64,000 bases of DNA from Longimicrobiales bacterium (GCA_965218295.1 CBDCKN010000013.1:553032-617031); one strand, 5' to 3'. Shown: positions 18,416 through 29,296, counted from the stretch's first letter. The notes: generated from the sequence alone by a model not told the origin. Translations and numbers: made by a program.

Positions 18416-19350
18416 CCGCCACCTCGGATCCATCTTTCGAGGCTCCGGGTCAACGCCCTCACCTCACGCAGGTCGATGGTCTCGGTGGGCCATCCTTCGT
18501 ATCGGGTCTCCAGGCCGCGCTCCTCCACGGATCCGAATATCTCGGAAAGGCTCTCTGGCGCCGGGTAGTCGAGCAGAAGGGTCTGGTCAAAGGGGCCGTG
18601 GGCGTTCGCCACCGTCATCAGGCCCCGGTGACGGATGTGACTCTCCACCACGAAGGCCGCCACCACCGTGCCACGCGCATTAGGGCGGTTCATGACCGCC
18701 CGGGCGAGAGCCGCGCACGACCCGCGTTGGCCAGATTCGGGGCCTGCCAACAAGCTGTCTCCGTACTCGACGGTGGTCTTGAGCATAGCGACCGGATTCA
18801 CCATGTCGATCCCCAATCCCCGGACCTCGTCCCGTGACGCCGCTCCCACGTCGACGTACGCATCGTCCACCGTAAACGCGTCTGTGGCGAAGGAGCGTCC
18901 ACGCGCCAGGTGTGTGGACCATACCGCCATGACCCCGGCGATGGGTCCCCGGTCACCCCACACCGTGACGCGGTGCCCCTCGTGGGACTGATCGAACGTC
19001 CAGGGGGCGCCGTCTCCAACCCTCCTGAGGGTGAGCCATCCGTCCTCTCGGATCCCGCCCACAACGTACCCCCACTCGTCCATGGGGCAGGCGACAAGGC
19101 GGCGCGGACTCCCAGATCCGAGCACGGACACCACACTGCCGGCCCGATCGCGCTGCGCCCCGGGCACCAGGTCCTCGAGGACAAGGGCGAAGGTGGCCTC
19201 GTACCCGCTCACGGCGGTGAGGCCCGCGAACCACCCGGCGAGATCCGGTCCTTCACGGGCCGTTTGGGCCCCCACCGGGTTGGCCCAGAGCAGAACGGCA
19301 GCCACACAGGCCGCCGCTCCCAGCGGCGAGGATGTACGGCGCCCCTTCAT
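18412..19350 (-). CDS. M42-like protein, exported, probably catalytically inactive
   Basis: VSGYE, ACPMDE and YVDVGA motifs; metal ligands replaced; signal peptide. Confidence 0.75.
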   Translation of the reverse strand: MKGRRTSSPLGAAACVAAVLLWANPVGAQTAREGPDLAGWFAGLTAVSGYEATFALVLEDLVPGAQRDRAGSVVSVLGSGSPRRLVACPMDEWGYVVGGIREDGWLTLRRVGDGAPWTFDQSHEGHRVTVWGDRGPIAGVMAVWSTHLARGRSFATDAFTVDDAYVDVGAASRDEVRGLGIDMVNPVAMLKTTVEYGDSLLAGPESGQRGSCAALARAVMNRPNARGTVVAAFVVESHIRHRGLMTVANAHGPFDQTLLLDYPAPESLSEIFGSVEERGLETRYEGWPTETIDLREVRALTRSLERWIRGGG

Positions 19351-19357
19351 TCTCTCT

Positions 19358-19453
19358 CTAGTGTCCCGTTGCCAAAGTGTCTCGGCCAGTCGAGGGCACG
19401 GGTGCGTCCCGGCCCTCTTGGGTGGCTCGCGAATTTCGGCAACGGAACACTAG
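19358..19453. mobile_element. MITE-like element bounded by CTAG
   Basis: Terminal inverted repeats CTAGTGTYCCGTTGCCRAA; partial second copy at 58907-58950. Confidence 0.7.
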
Positions 19454-20593
19454 ACCCAGCCCCTGGACCGGAACGAACGCAGCGTGTCGGCCCAGCGCTC
19501 CATGTCCTCGGGCAGGCCGAAGGAGATCCGGTTGTAGCCCAGCATGGGCGGAAAAGTCCGACCGACATCGATGCCCTCCATGTGGAACCGCTCGATGTAG
19601 GTCTCCAGATCACCGCCGATCTCATGCATGAGGAAGTTCGTGTGGCTAGGCAGGGACCCCAGCCCCAGCTCGCCCAACGCTCCCTGGGTGATCTGGCGAG
19701 ACCGCTTGTTCATCGCCAGCGTCCGCTCGACGTGACCGTCATCCGCGAGGCTCGCGAGACCCGCCTGGATGCCCATCATGTTCCGGGCTGTTCTGGGCGA
19801 CGAACGCCTGGATGCGCCGTACGGTGTCGGCGTGGGCGAGGCCGTAGCCGAGGCGGAGGCCCGCCATCCCGTAGATCTTCGAGAAGGTCCGCGAGACCAG
19901 AACGTTCGGCCGCTCGTCGATCCACTTGACGGCAGACTAGTACCCGGGCTCGTCCATGAGCTCGTAGTAGGCCTCGTCGACGATGAAGAAGACGGACTCG
20001 GGCGCGTCCTGGATCCACGCATCGACCTCGGAGCTGGGGGTCAGCGTGGCAGTCGGGTTGTTCGGGTTACAGATGTAGACGACCGAAGGCCGCCGGGCCC
20101 GCTCCGTCTCGTCCCGCATGCGTCCCAGATCGTGGGCGTAACGGAAGTCGAGGGGCACCTGGATCAGCCGGTACGGATGGTTCCCCGCATAGTCGACGGG
20201 GTCCTCCCACGTCGGCGTGGCTATGATCAGCGGCATGTTGGGAGACGCCAGCGCCTGGATTGTCGCCTGGATGATCTCGCTCGAGCCGGACCCGGTGAAC
20301 ACGTTCTCGGCCCGCACGCCCACCTTGGCCGCGATGGCCGGGATGAGATCCTGCTCCCAATTGTCCGGGTAGCGATTGGCCAACGAGATGGCCTCGATGA
20401 CCGCCTCGCGAGCCGCCTTGGACAGGCCCATGGGGTTCTCGTTGTAATTCAGGCGAAGCGAGCCGTCCGGAGCCAGGTGGGGCCGGGATGAAAGGAACGC
20501 AGCCAGGCGGTTGGTCTGGGCGGCGGCGGGGGCTCCCGCAGCGGTGGCAACCGAAGCCAGCGTGCTGGCCCTCAGGAACCCTCTGCGATCCAT
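19450..20593 (-). CDS. Tat-signal PLP aminotransferase (HisC-like), frameshift near 19940
   Basis: MDRRGFL, LNYNENP, CNPNNPT, VDEAYYE; C-terminal half lies in a different frame. Confidence 0.8.
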
Positions 20594-20873
20594 GGTACAT
20601 CTCCTCTGCAGGCGGCAACTGGCGGTGTGTCGAGAATGGATAATTAGGCGATGGAGGGCGGGTTTGCCAGTCCATTGCGCCCAAGCCGCGACCAGCGGGT
20701 CAACGCGTGCATCATGGAGGGGGCCCCAGTCTGCCACGGTCGCCCGTCTCCTCGTAGAGCCTCGCCAGCCGGTCCAGCACCAGAGGCATCAAGGGGACGA
20801 CGAGATGGCGTCGGGCTGTGTGCCTAGAAGCGGCCGGTAAGATCGGCCCAGCGAACCGTCTTCTAGCCTGGCT

Positions 20874-21302
20874 CTACCGCGCCGGTCGCTCGAGCTCCCT
20901 CGCGTGTAGCTCGTCGTAGAAGTCGAACATCTCGCGGTTGTACTTTGGATCGCGGGCCTGCTCGAAGGGCTCGATGATCTGGAAGAGGATCCTGAGTCGC
21001 TGCGGCATGGTCAGGTGCTCGCGGAGGTCCTCGGCCTCCAGGAACCCCTGGGCACGGAGCTGCTGGGTCTTTCGGAAATACGACTTGATGAGCCGGCGGG
21101 CGGCGTTGGTCTCCCGGACGACCCGCTGCTCCTCTGCAGCGCGATCTTCCATCGCGTCCAGGGTGGCGAACAGCTCGGCGGCCCAGTCCTCCCCCCGCTC
21201 CTTCACCCACCGACGCACGTGCCCGACGGCCCAGTAGTAGTCGTCCGACCAGAACTGGTCGTGGAGGTGGGAGATCAGCAGGCCGCGTTTCTCACCTTTC
21301 AT
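20874..21302 (-). CDS. Hypothetical protein
   Basis: 142-aa ORF co-oriented directly after the ThDP enzyme gene. Confidence 0.7.
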   Translation of the reverse strand: MKGEKRGLLISHLHDQFWSDDYYWAVGHVRRWVKERGEDWAAELFATLDAMEDRAAEEQRVVRETNAARRLIKSYFRKTQQLRAQGFLEAEDLREHLTMPQRLRILFQIIEPFEQARDPKYNREMFDFYDELHARELERPAR

Positions 21303-21308
21303 GGCTTC

Positions 21309-23058
21309 TCAGCGCCGGATAAATCTCCGACCGACGGCACGAGTGAGGAAGCGCACCCGATCGCGCAGCGGAAGCCGGTGAAGGTTCGTCTTCACGATGC
21401 CACGGGTGAAATGGGTCCTTTCCGTGTAGTCTATAGCCACGTCGACGATGACGGTCCGGCCGGCCGCCGCCTTCTCACGGGCGTCGCCCACGGCGCCCTT
21501 CACACCCTGGTCGTCGGAGAGGGCGATGAAGTCCACGCCCATCCCGTGAGCCAGCCCTTCCAGGTCGTAGTCGGGCAGCTCGCTCGCGACCTTGCGGTTC
21601 ATGGCGGTGGACTGGAACTGGGCGATCTGGGCCAGCTCACGGTCGCGGAGCACGAAAGCCATCACGCCCAGCTCCAGCTGGGCAGCGCTCATGAGCTCAA
21701 GACCGGTCATGAGAAAGGCCCCGTCCCCGCCAGAGCCACGACGGGGCAGTCGGGCCGTGCCAGCTTCGCCCCCACGGCGGCCGGCACCGAGTAGCCCATA
21801 CAGGAATAGTCCACCGGGGCCAGGAATTTCCCCGGGCCTTTGAGGCGGAGGGCTTCCATGGCGAGAAACGTCCCCGTTGCCGCTGTCCGTGGTGAAGATC
21901 GTTTCCGGACCCAGCACGCTTTGCAGCGTGGTGAGGAGGTTCTGGGGGGTGACCCGCTCACCGCCGATTCGCGCCTGCCATCGCCGCCGGATCTCCCCGT
22001 GGCCCCTCGGCGATGCGAGCTCGGAGCTCGGGTTCCTGAGGGCGCCGGACACCCTTGAGTCCGGCCAGAATCGCCTCCAGATAGACAAGGGCGTCGGACA
22101 CGATCGCCAGTTCCGCCGGGAAGTTCCGCCCCGGCACCTGGGGGTCTATGTCCACATGGATCAGCGGGCCGGGGATGCGCAGGCCGTAGCTCCCCGTGCC
22201 GACTTCGCTGAACCGGCACCCCACCGCGATCATCAGGTCGCACGCCGCCGCAACTTCCTGAACGAACGCCGGAGCAGTGTCCCCGAAGCCCGGCCACAGG
22301 AATAGCGGATGGTCTTCGGGGAACACTCCCTTCCCCTGGATCGTGGTGGCCACAGGGGCTTCGAGGGCCTCCGTCAACCTCAGCACATCGTCGACGGCAC
22401 CGGCCGCTCCGGCACCCACATAGATCAGAGGGCACTTCGAGCCGCGGATCAGCTCGAGCGATCGCGTAACCGCCTCCGCTGTGGGATGGGGCGGAGACTC
22501 CAAAGACGGCGCCGTCCAGCGCTCGGGAGCTCCGGCATCGCTCACGTCCTGCTTGAGCAGGTACAGGTTGGCCGGCACCTCCACGAAGACGGGGCCCGGC
22601 ACCCCCGACCGGGCGAGGCGACACGCCTCCCGGATCGTAGGATAGATCTCGTCGCCCGACATGGGGCGGAACACACCCTTGGTCACCGCGGAGACCATCG
22701 CCGCCTGGTCCACGTCGTGGAGCTGGTACGCCTTCCCCAGATCCCGGCGGATGCCGCAGCCCAGCACGAGCAAAGGAACGTTGTCCAGATACGCCTCGGC
22801 GATCCCCGACATGGCATGGGTCAGCCCGGCACCGGGCACGACGTTGACACAGGCCATCCGGCCCGATGCCCGCCACGCCCCATCCGCCATGAACGAGGCA
22901 CTCTGCTCGTCGGTGACCAGGATGGGCCGGACGATGTCCGAGGACCCCAGGACGTCGTACAGCTCGATGTTGTGGGTCCCGGGGATGCCAAAGGCGAGCT
23001 CGATCTGCTCGTCCTCGAGGGCTCGCACCACCAAGAATGCGCCGGTTCGCTTGCTCAT
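21309..23058 (-). CDS. ThDP-binding enzyme (acetolactate synthase-like), several frameshifts
   Basis: FGIPGTHN, DEQSASFMADG, YSCMGYSVPAAVGAK and GDGAFLMTGLEL split over frames. Confidence 0.8.
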
Positions 23059-24556
23059 GCGATTCTCCGGTCTCGCAGAATCCCCTCGGCCACACGGTCG
23101 GCCAGAGCCATCACCGTCAGGTGCGGATTGATCTCCACCGAGTCCGGAAAGAGACTGGAATCCGCTACGCGGAGCCAGGGCAGGCCGTGCACGCGTCCCC
23201 ACGCGTCGGTCACCGAGTCCGACGCATCCCGCCCCATCCCGCACCCTCCCATCAGGTGCGCAGCCGCTACCGACATCTTTCCGGGGAGAAAGTAGCGAGA
23301 GTGGATGCGGTCATCGAGTCGGTCGGCGTCGGGCGCTCCCAAAAGGGGCGGATCGGCCGGAGGCGCGTGCACACGGACGGCTCCCGCACCGAAGAAGATC
23401 CTCGCCGCCGCCCGAGTGGCGCGCGTCATCGCCTCGACCACCGAATCGGTGAAGGTGTAGTGGACGACCGCCTTACCACCGGCGTCCGCCGTGATTCGGT
23501 TCTGTTCCGTGGCCTTGTCGGCCGCCAGGACCAGGATCATCTGGAGCCTCGGAAACGCACGCATCAGAGCCGAGTGGTCGGCTCCGAAACCGGTGAGGTT
23601 CTTGGCGGTGACGAACGGAAAGTACATGCACGTCTCCAGGACCCACCCTTCCTCCCGAGCTCGGTCCACGTAGTAGCTCTTGGGGGTGACCCACGTCGTT
23701 CGTGATGTCCCGCGAGTGCTCACCGACGAGAATGAAGGCCGGATGGCACGTGAACCCGTGACCCAGTCGGGGGAGCTCCGACCCGAAGCCCGACCTGAGC
23801 AAGAGTGCGCTCGAGCCGATGGACCCTCCGGCGACGACAATAAGGTCCGCCTCCAGGCGATACTCCCCAGGCGCCCACTCGGAGGCCGTTCCCTTGGCTC
23901 CGGATGGCTTCTCCGAGACCCGGACCACCACCGCGCGCTCCTCGATCCTGAGCGCCTCGGCACGGGTGACGACCTCCACCCCTCCTCGCTCGGCCGCGGG
24001 AAGCTGGACCCGGTCCGTCCCTTGCTTGGCGGCGTTCGGGCAGCCCAGGTTGCAGAGGCTCGATCCCAGGCAGCCCTTCACGTTCACCGGGAACTGGAGC
24101 GCCTCGTATCCTGCCGCTTCACAGCCTTCCACGAACAGGCGGTTGTTCTCGTTGATCTCCTCCGCGGGCAACAGATGAACGTTGTTCTCCTCCATGTACC
24201 TCTGCGAGCGTCTCACCAGGTCGCCATGATCCAAACCCGGCACCGACCATTCCCGGAGGACGCGCTCTGGCGCGGTCAGCGACGTTCCCGTGTAGACCAC
24301 CGTCGAGCCCCCCATAGAGGCGGCCGAAGGCGAGGCTCATGGTTCCGTCCGCGGTCAGGAAGCCCCCACCGTCCTCGTAGAGAGCCGGCGACATGTCGAG
24401 CTCGTTACCCGTAAACTCATGGTCCTCGAGGCGGGGTCCCTGCTCCAGCACGATGACACGACGATCCTGCTCCACGAGAGGAACGAGGGCCTGAGCCACC
24501 GTTCCACCGCCGGCCCCGGAGCCGATCACGACTACGTCGTAGCGGTGCTCGCTCAC
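23055..24556 (-). CDS. GMC-family flavoprotein oxidoreductase, two frameshifts
   Basis: VIGSGAGGG, GGST, CNLGCP, AHLMGGC.MG and NPHLTVMALA; frameshifts in a G6 run (about 24310) and a C5 run (about 23685). Confidence 0.85.
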
Positions 24557-24992
24557 GGTGGCGGGTCCCCATCGGCCTCTCCCTCACGCCCCGAGCGCCC
24601 GCCCAACCCGCCGCCGAAGCCCTGTAACCCAGCTCCTTCCGCACACGATCCTGGCCGTAATAGCCCATGAACACGAGGGTTCGGAGCCCCCAGAAGCCCC
24701 GCCTGATCAAGAGCAAGGGGGCATTCTCGAGCCTGGTGAGGTGAGCCCTGCGTGCGGCAGGCCCCAAGCGAGTGAAGGGCCGTCCGTACGGGAGCAGGGC
24801 CAGCCAGTTGGCGAGACGAATGAAAAGAAGCAGCTGGCGGACCATGGCCTCGGGTCGCATGGCGAGCGCTCCCGAGACGATGCCTTCGGCTTCTTGCCAG
24901 CCGGCTTCGTCGAGTGTGGCCGCCTCCGGAACGATGGATGCGGCCAGCGCCCGGAACGGGCCTCGAACAGGTGCGAGGAGTGAAGGCGTCAC
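24553..24992 (-). CDS. Gluconate 2-dehydrogenase subunit 3-like partner protein
   Basis: PFTRL...LIRRGFWGLRTLVFMGYYG...LGY; probable frameshift near the C-terminus; coupled to the GMC start. Confidence 0.65.
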
Positions 24993-25098
24993 GATCGGCC
25001 CCCAGTTGGGGAGTGCTCGAAGCATGCGTGGGCGATAACGTGTCTGCCGGGTCACGACCCCGGCAAGTGCCTCCGCCGAGGTCGATGACACCCGTGCC

Positions 25099-26103
25099 AT
25101 GAAACCTGGAGGGGAGTGCGTGTATAGGCGAGTCTGCTCGGCCCTGGTCCTGGCAGCCGTTACCGCGTGCGGCAGTGAGCCACCCGCCCTGATTGTCGGC
25201 GATGTCGCCTTCGCCGAAAGCGAGCTTCTCGGCCTCGACGAGGCACGTCGGCTCGAGCTCGCCACGCTCACCGCTTTCGGCCTGTCCACGGCCCGCGGAG
25301 AGACGCTGGTCGTACTCGCGCCCCTCCTCGAACGCTCCAGAAAAGAGGCGCTGCTCACGCATGTCGCAGCCGAGCTCATGCTGAAGAACGGAGAGGTTGA
25401 CGACGAACAGCTCAGTGCACACTACCTGACCAATCCCGCCATGGAGCTCACCGTTCGGCACGTTCTCTTCTTCTCGGAGCGCTGGCGGCCCCAATCACAC
25501 CGCGCTGAAGCCCGACGCAAGGCTGAGGCCGCCCTCCAGCGCCTCCGAGAGGGGGACCCCTTCCCCGAGGTCGCCGCAGAGCTCTCCGAGGAGCCCGGAG
25601 CGGAAGGACGCCAGGGCCTGCTCCAGCCCGGTCGCGAGGGATCGTGGGTGTCAGAGTTCTGGAACGCGGCTCTGGCTCGGGAGGTTGGAGAGATCAGCCC
25701 CGTGGTCGAGACCCAGTACGGATTCCACGTCCTCCGTCTCGAGCAGAGGGAGATCGTACCCTTCGAGGAAGCCCGACCGACCGTGGTCCTGGAGGTGGCG
25801 AGCCTCTTGGGATCACTGGACCAGGCCCGGGAGCGGGCGTCCCTAGAGCAGGCCCAGGAGCTCGACGTCTCGATCCCAGAAGCGGAGCTGGTTGCGATCA
25901 ACCGCGAGTGGGGCGATCGAGCTCTCCGCTGGAGCACCGCCTTCGGCTTTGCGCCGGATCTCACTCCCTCCCAGGTGAAGGAGGCCGCCCGGGCGGCTCT
26001 GGGCTCGACGGCCCAGAGCGTCGCCATCGCTCGCAACGAGCTAGCCGAACTGAGGTCGCTGTTCGAGTCCGCCTACCCCATCGAACTGGCACCCGGCTCG
26101 TAG
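25099..26103 (+). CDS. PpiC-type peptidyl-prolyl isomerase lipoprotein
   Basis: Lipobox VTAC; VRHVL, FPEVAAELSEEP and ISPVVETQYGFHVL. Confidence 0.88.
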   Translation: MKPGGECVYRRVCSALVLAAVTACGSEPPALIVGDVAFAESELLGLDEARRLELATLTAFGLSTARGETLVVLAPLLERSRKEALLTHVAAELMLKNGEVDDEQLSAHYLTNPAMELTVRHVLFFSERWRPQSHRAEARRKAEAALQRLREGDPFPEVAAELSEEPGAEGRQGLLQPGREGSWVSEFWNAALAREVGEISPVVETQYGFHVLRLEQREIVPFEEARPTVVLEVASLLGSLDQARERASLEQAQELDVSIPEAELVAINREWGDRALRWSTAFGFAPDLTPSQVKEAARAALGSTAQSVAIARNELAELRSLFESAYPIELAPGS

Positions 26104-26145
26104 GCGAGCGAAACACTGGAGGGGTCGGGACCGTAGAAGGAACAC

Positions 26146-26818
26146 ATGAAGGCTCAGACCAAGCGCAAGCTCGTGTTCCTCGGTGGCTTTGCTGCGTACT
26201 TCAGTGCGCTCTGGTTCCTGTGGGACACCTCCGCCGTATATCCGTTGAAGGTCTTCGTAGTCCTGCTCCACGAGATCAGCCACGCCATCGTGGCCGTGGC
26301 GACGGGTGGGACCATCGAGCGGATCGTCCTCGACCCCAATCAGGGCGGTGCTTGTTACTGCCCAGGCGGGAATGCATTTGCGACCCTCACAGCCGGGTAT
26401 CTCGGCAGCCTGGCCTGGGGTGGCCTCCTCGTCACCGCGGGACAGGCCAAGCGCCTCAACAGCCGCTGGGTGACGGGAGCTGCCGGCATCCTGGTTATCG
26501 CCCTTACCCTCGCCTACGTCCGAAGCATGTTCGGGTTCGGGTTCGGGTTGGCCTTCGGCCTGGCCCTCGTCATCGGGGCAGCCAAGCTGTCGGCGGCCGT
26601 CAATCAAGGGATCCTTCTCACGCTCGGGCTGACGAGCTGCCTCTACGCCATCCTCGACATCAAGAGCGACATCCTGGACCGGCCCGAGCTCCAGTCCGAC
26701 GCCGCCATGCTCGGCGACCTGACGGGCATACATACGGTGGTCTGGGGGAGCCTTTGGATCACCGTCGCCGTACTGGCCAGCGCCCTGGCTATTCCACCGT
26801 TCGTACCGCAATGCCTGA
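26146..26818 (+). CDS. M50B-like membrane metallopeptidase
   Basis: HEISH, AGYLGS and SDA..L motifs; an extra C near 26785 probably masks the true end ...WLFHRSYRNA-stop at 26818. Confidence 0.85.
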
Positions 26819-27041
26819 CGGATACCGTATGTAGGATACCGTATGTAGTGGTGTCACGGCGTACTACACGCCGTGTTTGATTTCCTCTTGATCTCATCGG
26901 GTCGGCCCCGTAGGTTGGCGTTGACCTATGGACGGTCTGGGCCGCCCCGGCCCCCCAGTGAGGGGGAAAGGACGCGGACCGCGGGTCCCCGAGCCCGCCG
27001 GCGATACGCCCACAGTCGAACCGAAATAAGGAGGTGATCAA

Positions 27042-27104
27042 TTGTCTAGTCCAAGTAGCCTGTCTGGCCTGGCAAGGGCAAGCGATCGCCGCTTCGGTCT
27101 GTAG
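27042..27104 (+). CDS. Putative 20-aa small ORF MSSPSSLSGLARASDRRFGL
   Basis: Perfect Shine-Dalgarno TAAGGAGGTGATC at 27027-27039, TTG start, terminator downstream. Confidence 0.4.
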   Translation: MSSPSSLSGLARASDRRFGL

Positions 27105-27167
27105 GAGCCGAATCGGCTTCAGCTGTTCGCGCCATAAGCGGCCATCGCGCCGGGTTGCGACAGAAGA

Positions 27168-27210
27168 AACGCGCCGTCGGGCCGGCTGCCCCGACGGCGC
27201 GTTGTTTTTT
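27168..27210 (+). terminator. Rho-independent terminator
   Basis: 14-bp stem AACGCGCCGTCGGG/CCCGACGGCGCGTT followed by GTTTTTT. Confidence 0.85.
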
Positions 27211-27248
27211 GCGGGTGGGCCTCCCGCGGGATGGCCCAGGCGTATGTT

Positions 27249-27827
27249 TCAGCCGAAGTAGTCCGGCGCGTTTCCCGGCTTCCATTTTATGTTGCAGCCG
27301 ACGCTGGACCGATGCTCGCCCGCGATGGGCCTTCCTTCCAGCAGAGCATCGGTGGCCTCCCTCAAGTCATCCCCGGTCACGGGCACGCCGTTGCCCGGCC
27401 GGCTGTCGTCGAACTGCCCTCGATAGACCAGGCGGCGCTCTCCATCGAAGAGAAAGAAGTCAGGCGTGCAGGCGGCCGCATAGGCCTTCGCCACCGACTG
27501 ATCCTCGTCGAACAGGTACGGGAAGGTGTACCCCACCTCCTCCACCTCACGAGCCATCATCTCGGGACTGTCCTCCGGATAGGTCTCGACGTCGTTGGAG
27601 TTGATGCCCACCACGGCGAGCCCCTTCTCCTGGTACACCCGAGCGAAGTCTGCGAGCTCGGCACGCAGGTGCTTCACGAACGGGCAATGGTTGCAGAGGA
27701 AGACCACGAGCAGACCGGGTGCGTCTGTGAAGTCGTCGAGTGAGACGGTTCCACCGTCGGTGTCAGGAAGCGCGAACCCTGGAGCCTCCGTACCGATGGG
27801 GGCCATCGTCGATGCGGTCTTGACCAC
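27249..27827 (-). CDS. Thioredoxin-like AhpC/TSA family protein
   Basis: FLCNHCPFV, AACTPDFFLFD, YRGQFDDSRP, GCNIKW; GGAGGA Shine-Dalgarno. Confidence 0.92.
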   Translation of the reverse strand: MVKTASTMAPIGTEAPGFALPDTDGGTVSLDDFTDAPGLLVVFLCNHCPFVKHLRAELADFARVYQEKGLAVVGINSNDVETYPEDSPEMMAREVEEVGYTFPYLFDEDQSVAKAYAAACTPDFFLFDGERRLVYRGQFDDSRPGNGVPVTGDDLREATDALLEGRPIAGEHRSSVGCNIKWKPGNAPDYFG

Positions 27828-28022
27828 GGATCCTCCTCCGTATCGGTGGTGGAACGGCGAGGTGCCGGTCCCAGACCCGGTACCCAGGAGCCCCTGGCGT
27901 GGATCCATGGTCGTGCCTCCTCGCCCCTTCGGTGCTCGAGCTCGCCGAGCCATTCGCTCCGCCAGTCCCGCCGGACGGACGGGGGGACGAAAAGACCCGC
28001 GCGTCCGCAAATAACCTGCTCG

Positions 28023-28511
28023 TCAGCTTCCGTCACCACCCTTGAGCTGCTCGGGCAACGTGACAAGGTCGAGCACCTTGAAGCGCCGCTCGCCCATCGG
28101 TAGCTCGATGGTCACCTCCTCGGCCCGACGTGCTCCCATGAGCCCACGACCGATGGGTGAGGCCATGGAGACCTGTCCCCCGTCCAGATCCATGAAGTCA
28201 CCGGCCACGATGGTCAGCTCCGTCACCTCGTCCAGGGCCAGGTCGTGGAGCTCGACCTTCGACCCGAAGCCCACTCGATCGGCGGGCATGGCATCGACGT
28301 CGATCTTCGAGAGCTCGGACATGCGGCTGGCGAGGTGGCCGATGCGAGCCTGGACGAACTGCTGTCGCTCGAGGGAGGACTTGTACTCGGCGTTCTCGCG
28401 CAGGTCACCCAGCTCAACGGCCTTTTGAATGCGTTCGGGGAGAAGGACGTTGAGCTCGTGTGTCAGCAGCTCGATCTCCGCTTCGATTTTCTCGCGAATC
28501 TCATCCAACAT
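28023..28511 (-). CDS. greA: Transcription elongation factor GreA
   Basis: GDLRENAEY, VGFGSKV and SMASPIGRGL. Confidence 0.92.
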   Translation of the reverse strand: MLDEIREKIEAEIELLTHELNVLLPERIQKAVELGDLRENAEYKSSLERQQFVQARIGHLASRMSELSKIDVDAMPADRVGFGSKVELHDLALDEVTELTIVAGDFMDLDGGQVSMASPIGRGLMGARRAEEVTIELPMGERRFKVLDLVTLPEQLKGGDGS

Positions 28512-28703
28512 GAGGCAACGGTCCTGAAGGCAATGCTGAAACAGATGGGCCTGGGTGGCCCCCGGCGAAGAAAGCAGCCCACTCCGGTCCGGTCCCGAGG
28601 AGCGGCCCGAGCGCTCAAGTTAGCGCCTCGCCCAGTTGGAACGAAAGAGCATCCGCGGCCGACACGGCCTAACTGCTCCCGGCGGACCGTAGGGTCGCAG
28701 GTG

Positions 28704-29204
28704 CTACCCTTCCCGGGGATCCCCCTCGTCCAGCACCTTCTGGGTGCGCTCGGCACGGTAGCGCCGAACGGCCTCCCGTATCTCCGGGAACTTGTTGCCC
28801 AGCATCTCGCCGGCCAGAAGCGCGGCGTTGGTCGCCCCCGGCTTGCCGATGGCCAGCGTCCCCACCGGGATGCCTGCCGGCATCTGAACGATGGACAGGA
28901 GGGAGTCCAGTCCGTCCAGGGCCCATCCCTTGATGGGGACGCCCAGGACCGGGACGACGGTCTTGGCCGCCATCATCCCTGCCAGGTGGGCCGCCCCGCC
29001 GGCGCCGGTGATGATGACCTCGAGTCCTCGCTCTTCCGCAGTCGATGCGTATTCGATGCAGAGGTCCGGAGTGCGGTGACCGGAGATAACCCGGACCTCG
29101 TGAGGGATCCCGAGGCTCTCCAGTGCTTCTACGGCCCGACTCATGGTCTCCCAGTCGGACCGGGAGCCCATGACCACGCCCACGAGTGGCTTGGAGTTAT
29201 TCAT
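28704..29204 (-). CDS. purE: N5-carboxyaminoimidazole ribonucleotide mutase
   Basis: VMGSRSDW, HRTPD, GAGGAAHL and SIVQMPAGIPV. Confidence 0.96.
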   Translation of the reverse strand: MNNSKPLVGVVMGSRSDWETMSRAVEALESLGIPHEVRVISGHRTPDLCIEYASTAEERGLEVIITGAGGAAHLAGMMAAKTVVPVLGVPIKGWALDGLDSLLSIVQMPAGIPVGTLAIGKPGATNAALLAGEMLGNKFPEIREAVRRYRAERTQKVLDEGDPREG

Positions 29205-29296
29205 GGGAGGGAGCTTGGGTTGGGCGTGGACGCGGGTCAATAGGGCACGGCAGCGTCTCGACAATGACGGCCTCGTCGTCTACACTCGCGGGCACC

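Noticed and set aside
26821..26850. GATACCGTATGTAG tandem as NrdR boxes
   Set aside because: Only a partial match, directly abutting copies, and no ribonucleotide reductase gene nearby
27027..27039. GATCACCTCCTTA on the minus strand as the 3' end of a 16S rRNA gene
   Set aside because: Flanking sequence shows no rRNA similarity; better read as a Shine-Dalgarno on the plus strand
28704..29204. purE without adjacent purK
   Set aside because: purK is often encoded elsewhere; not informative from one window
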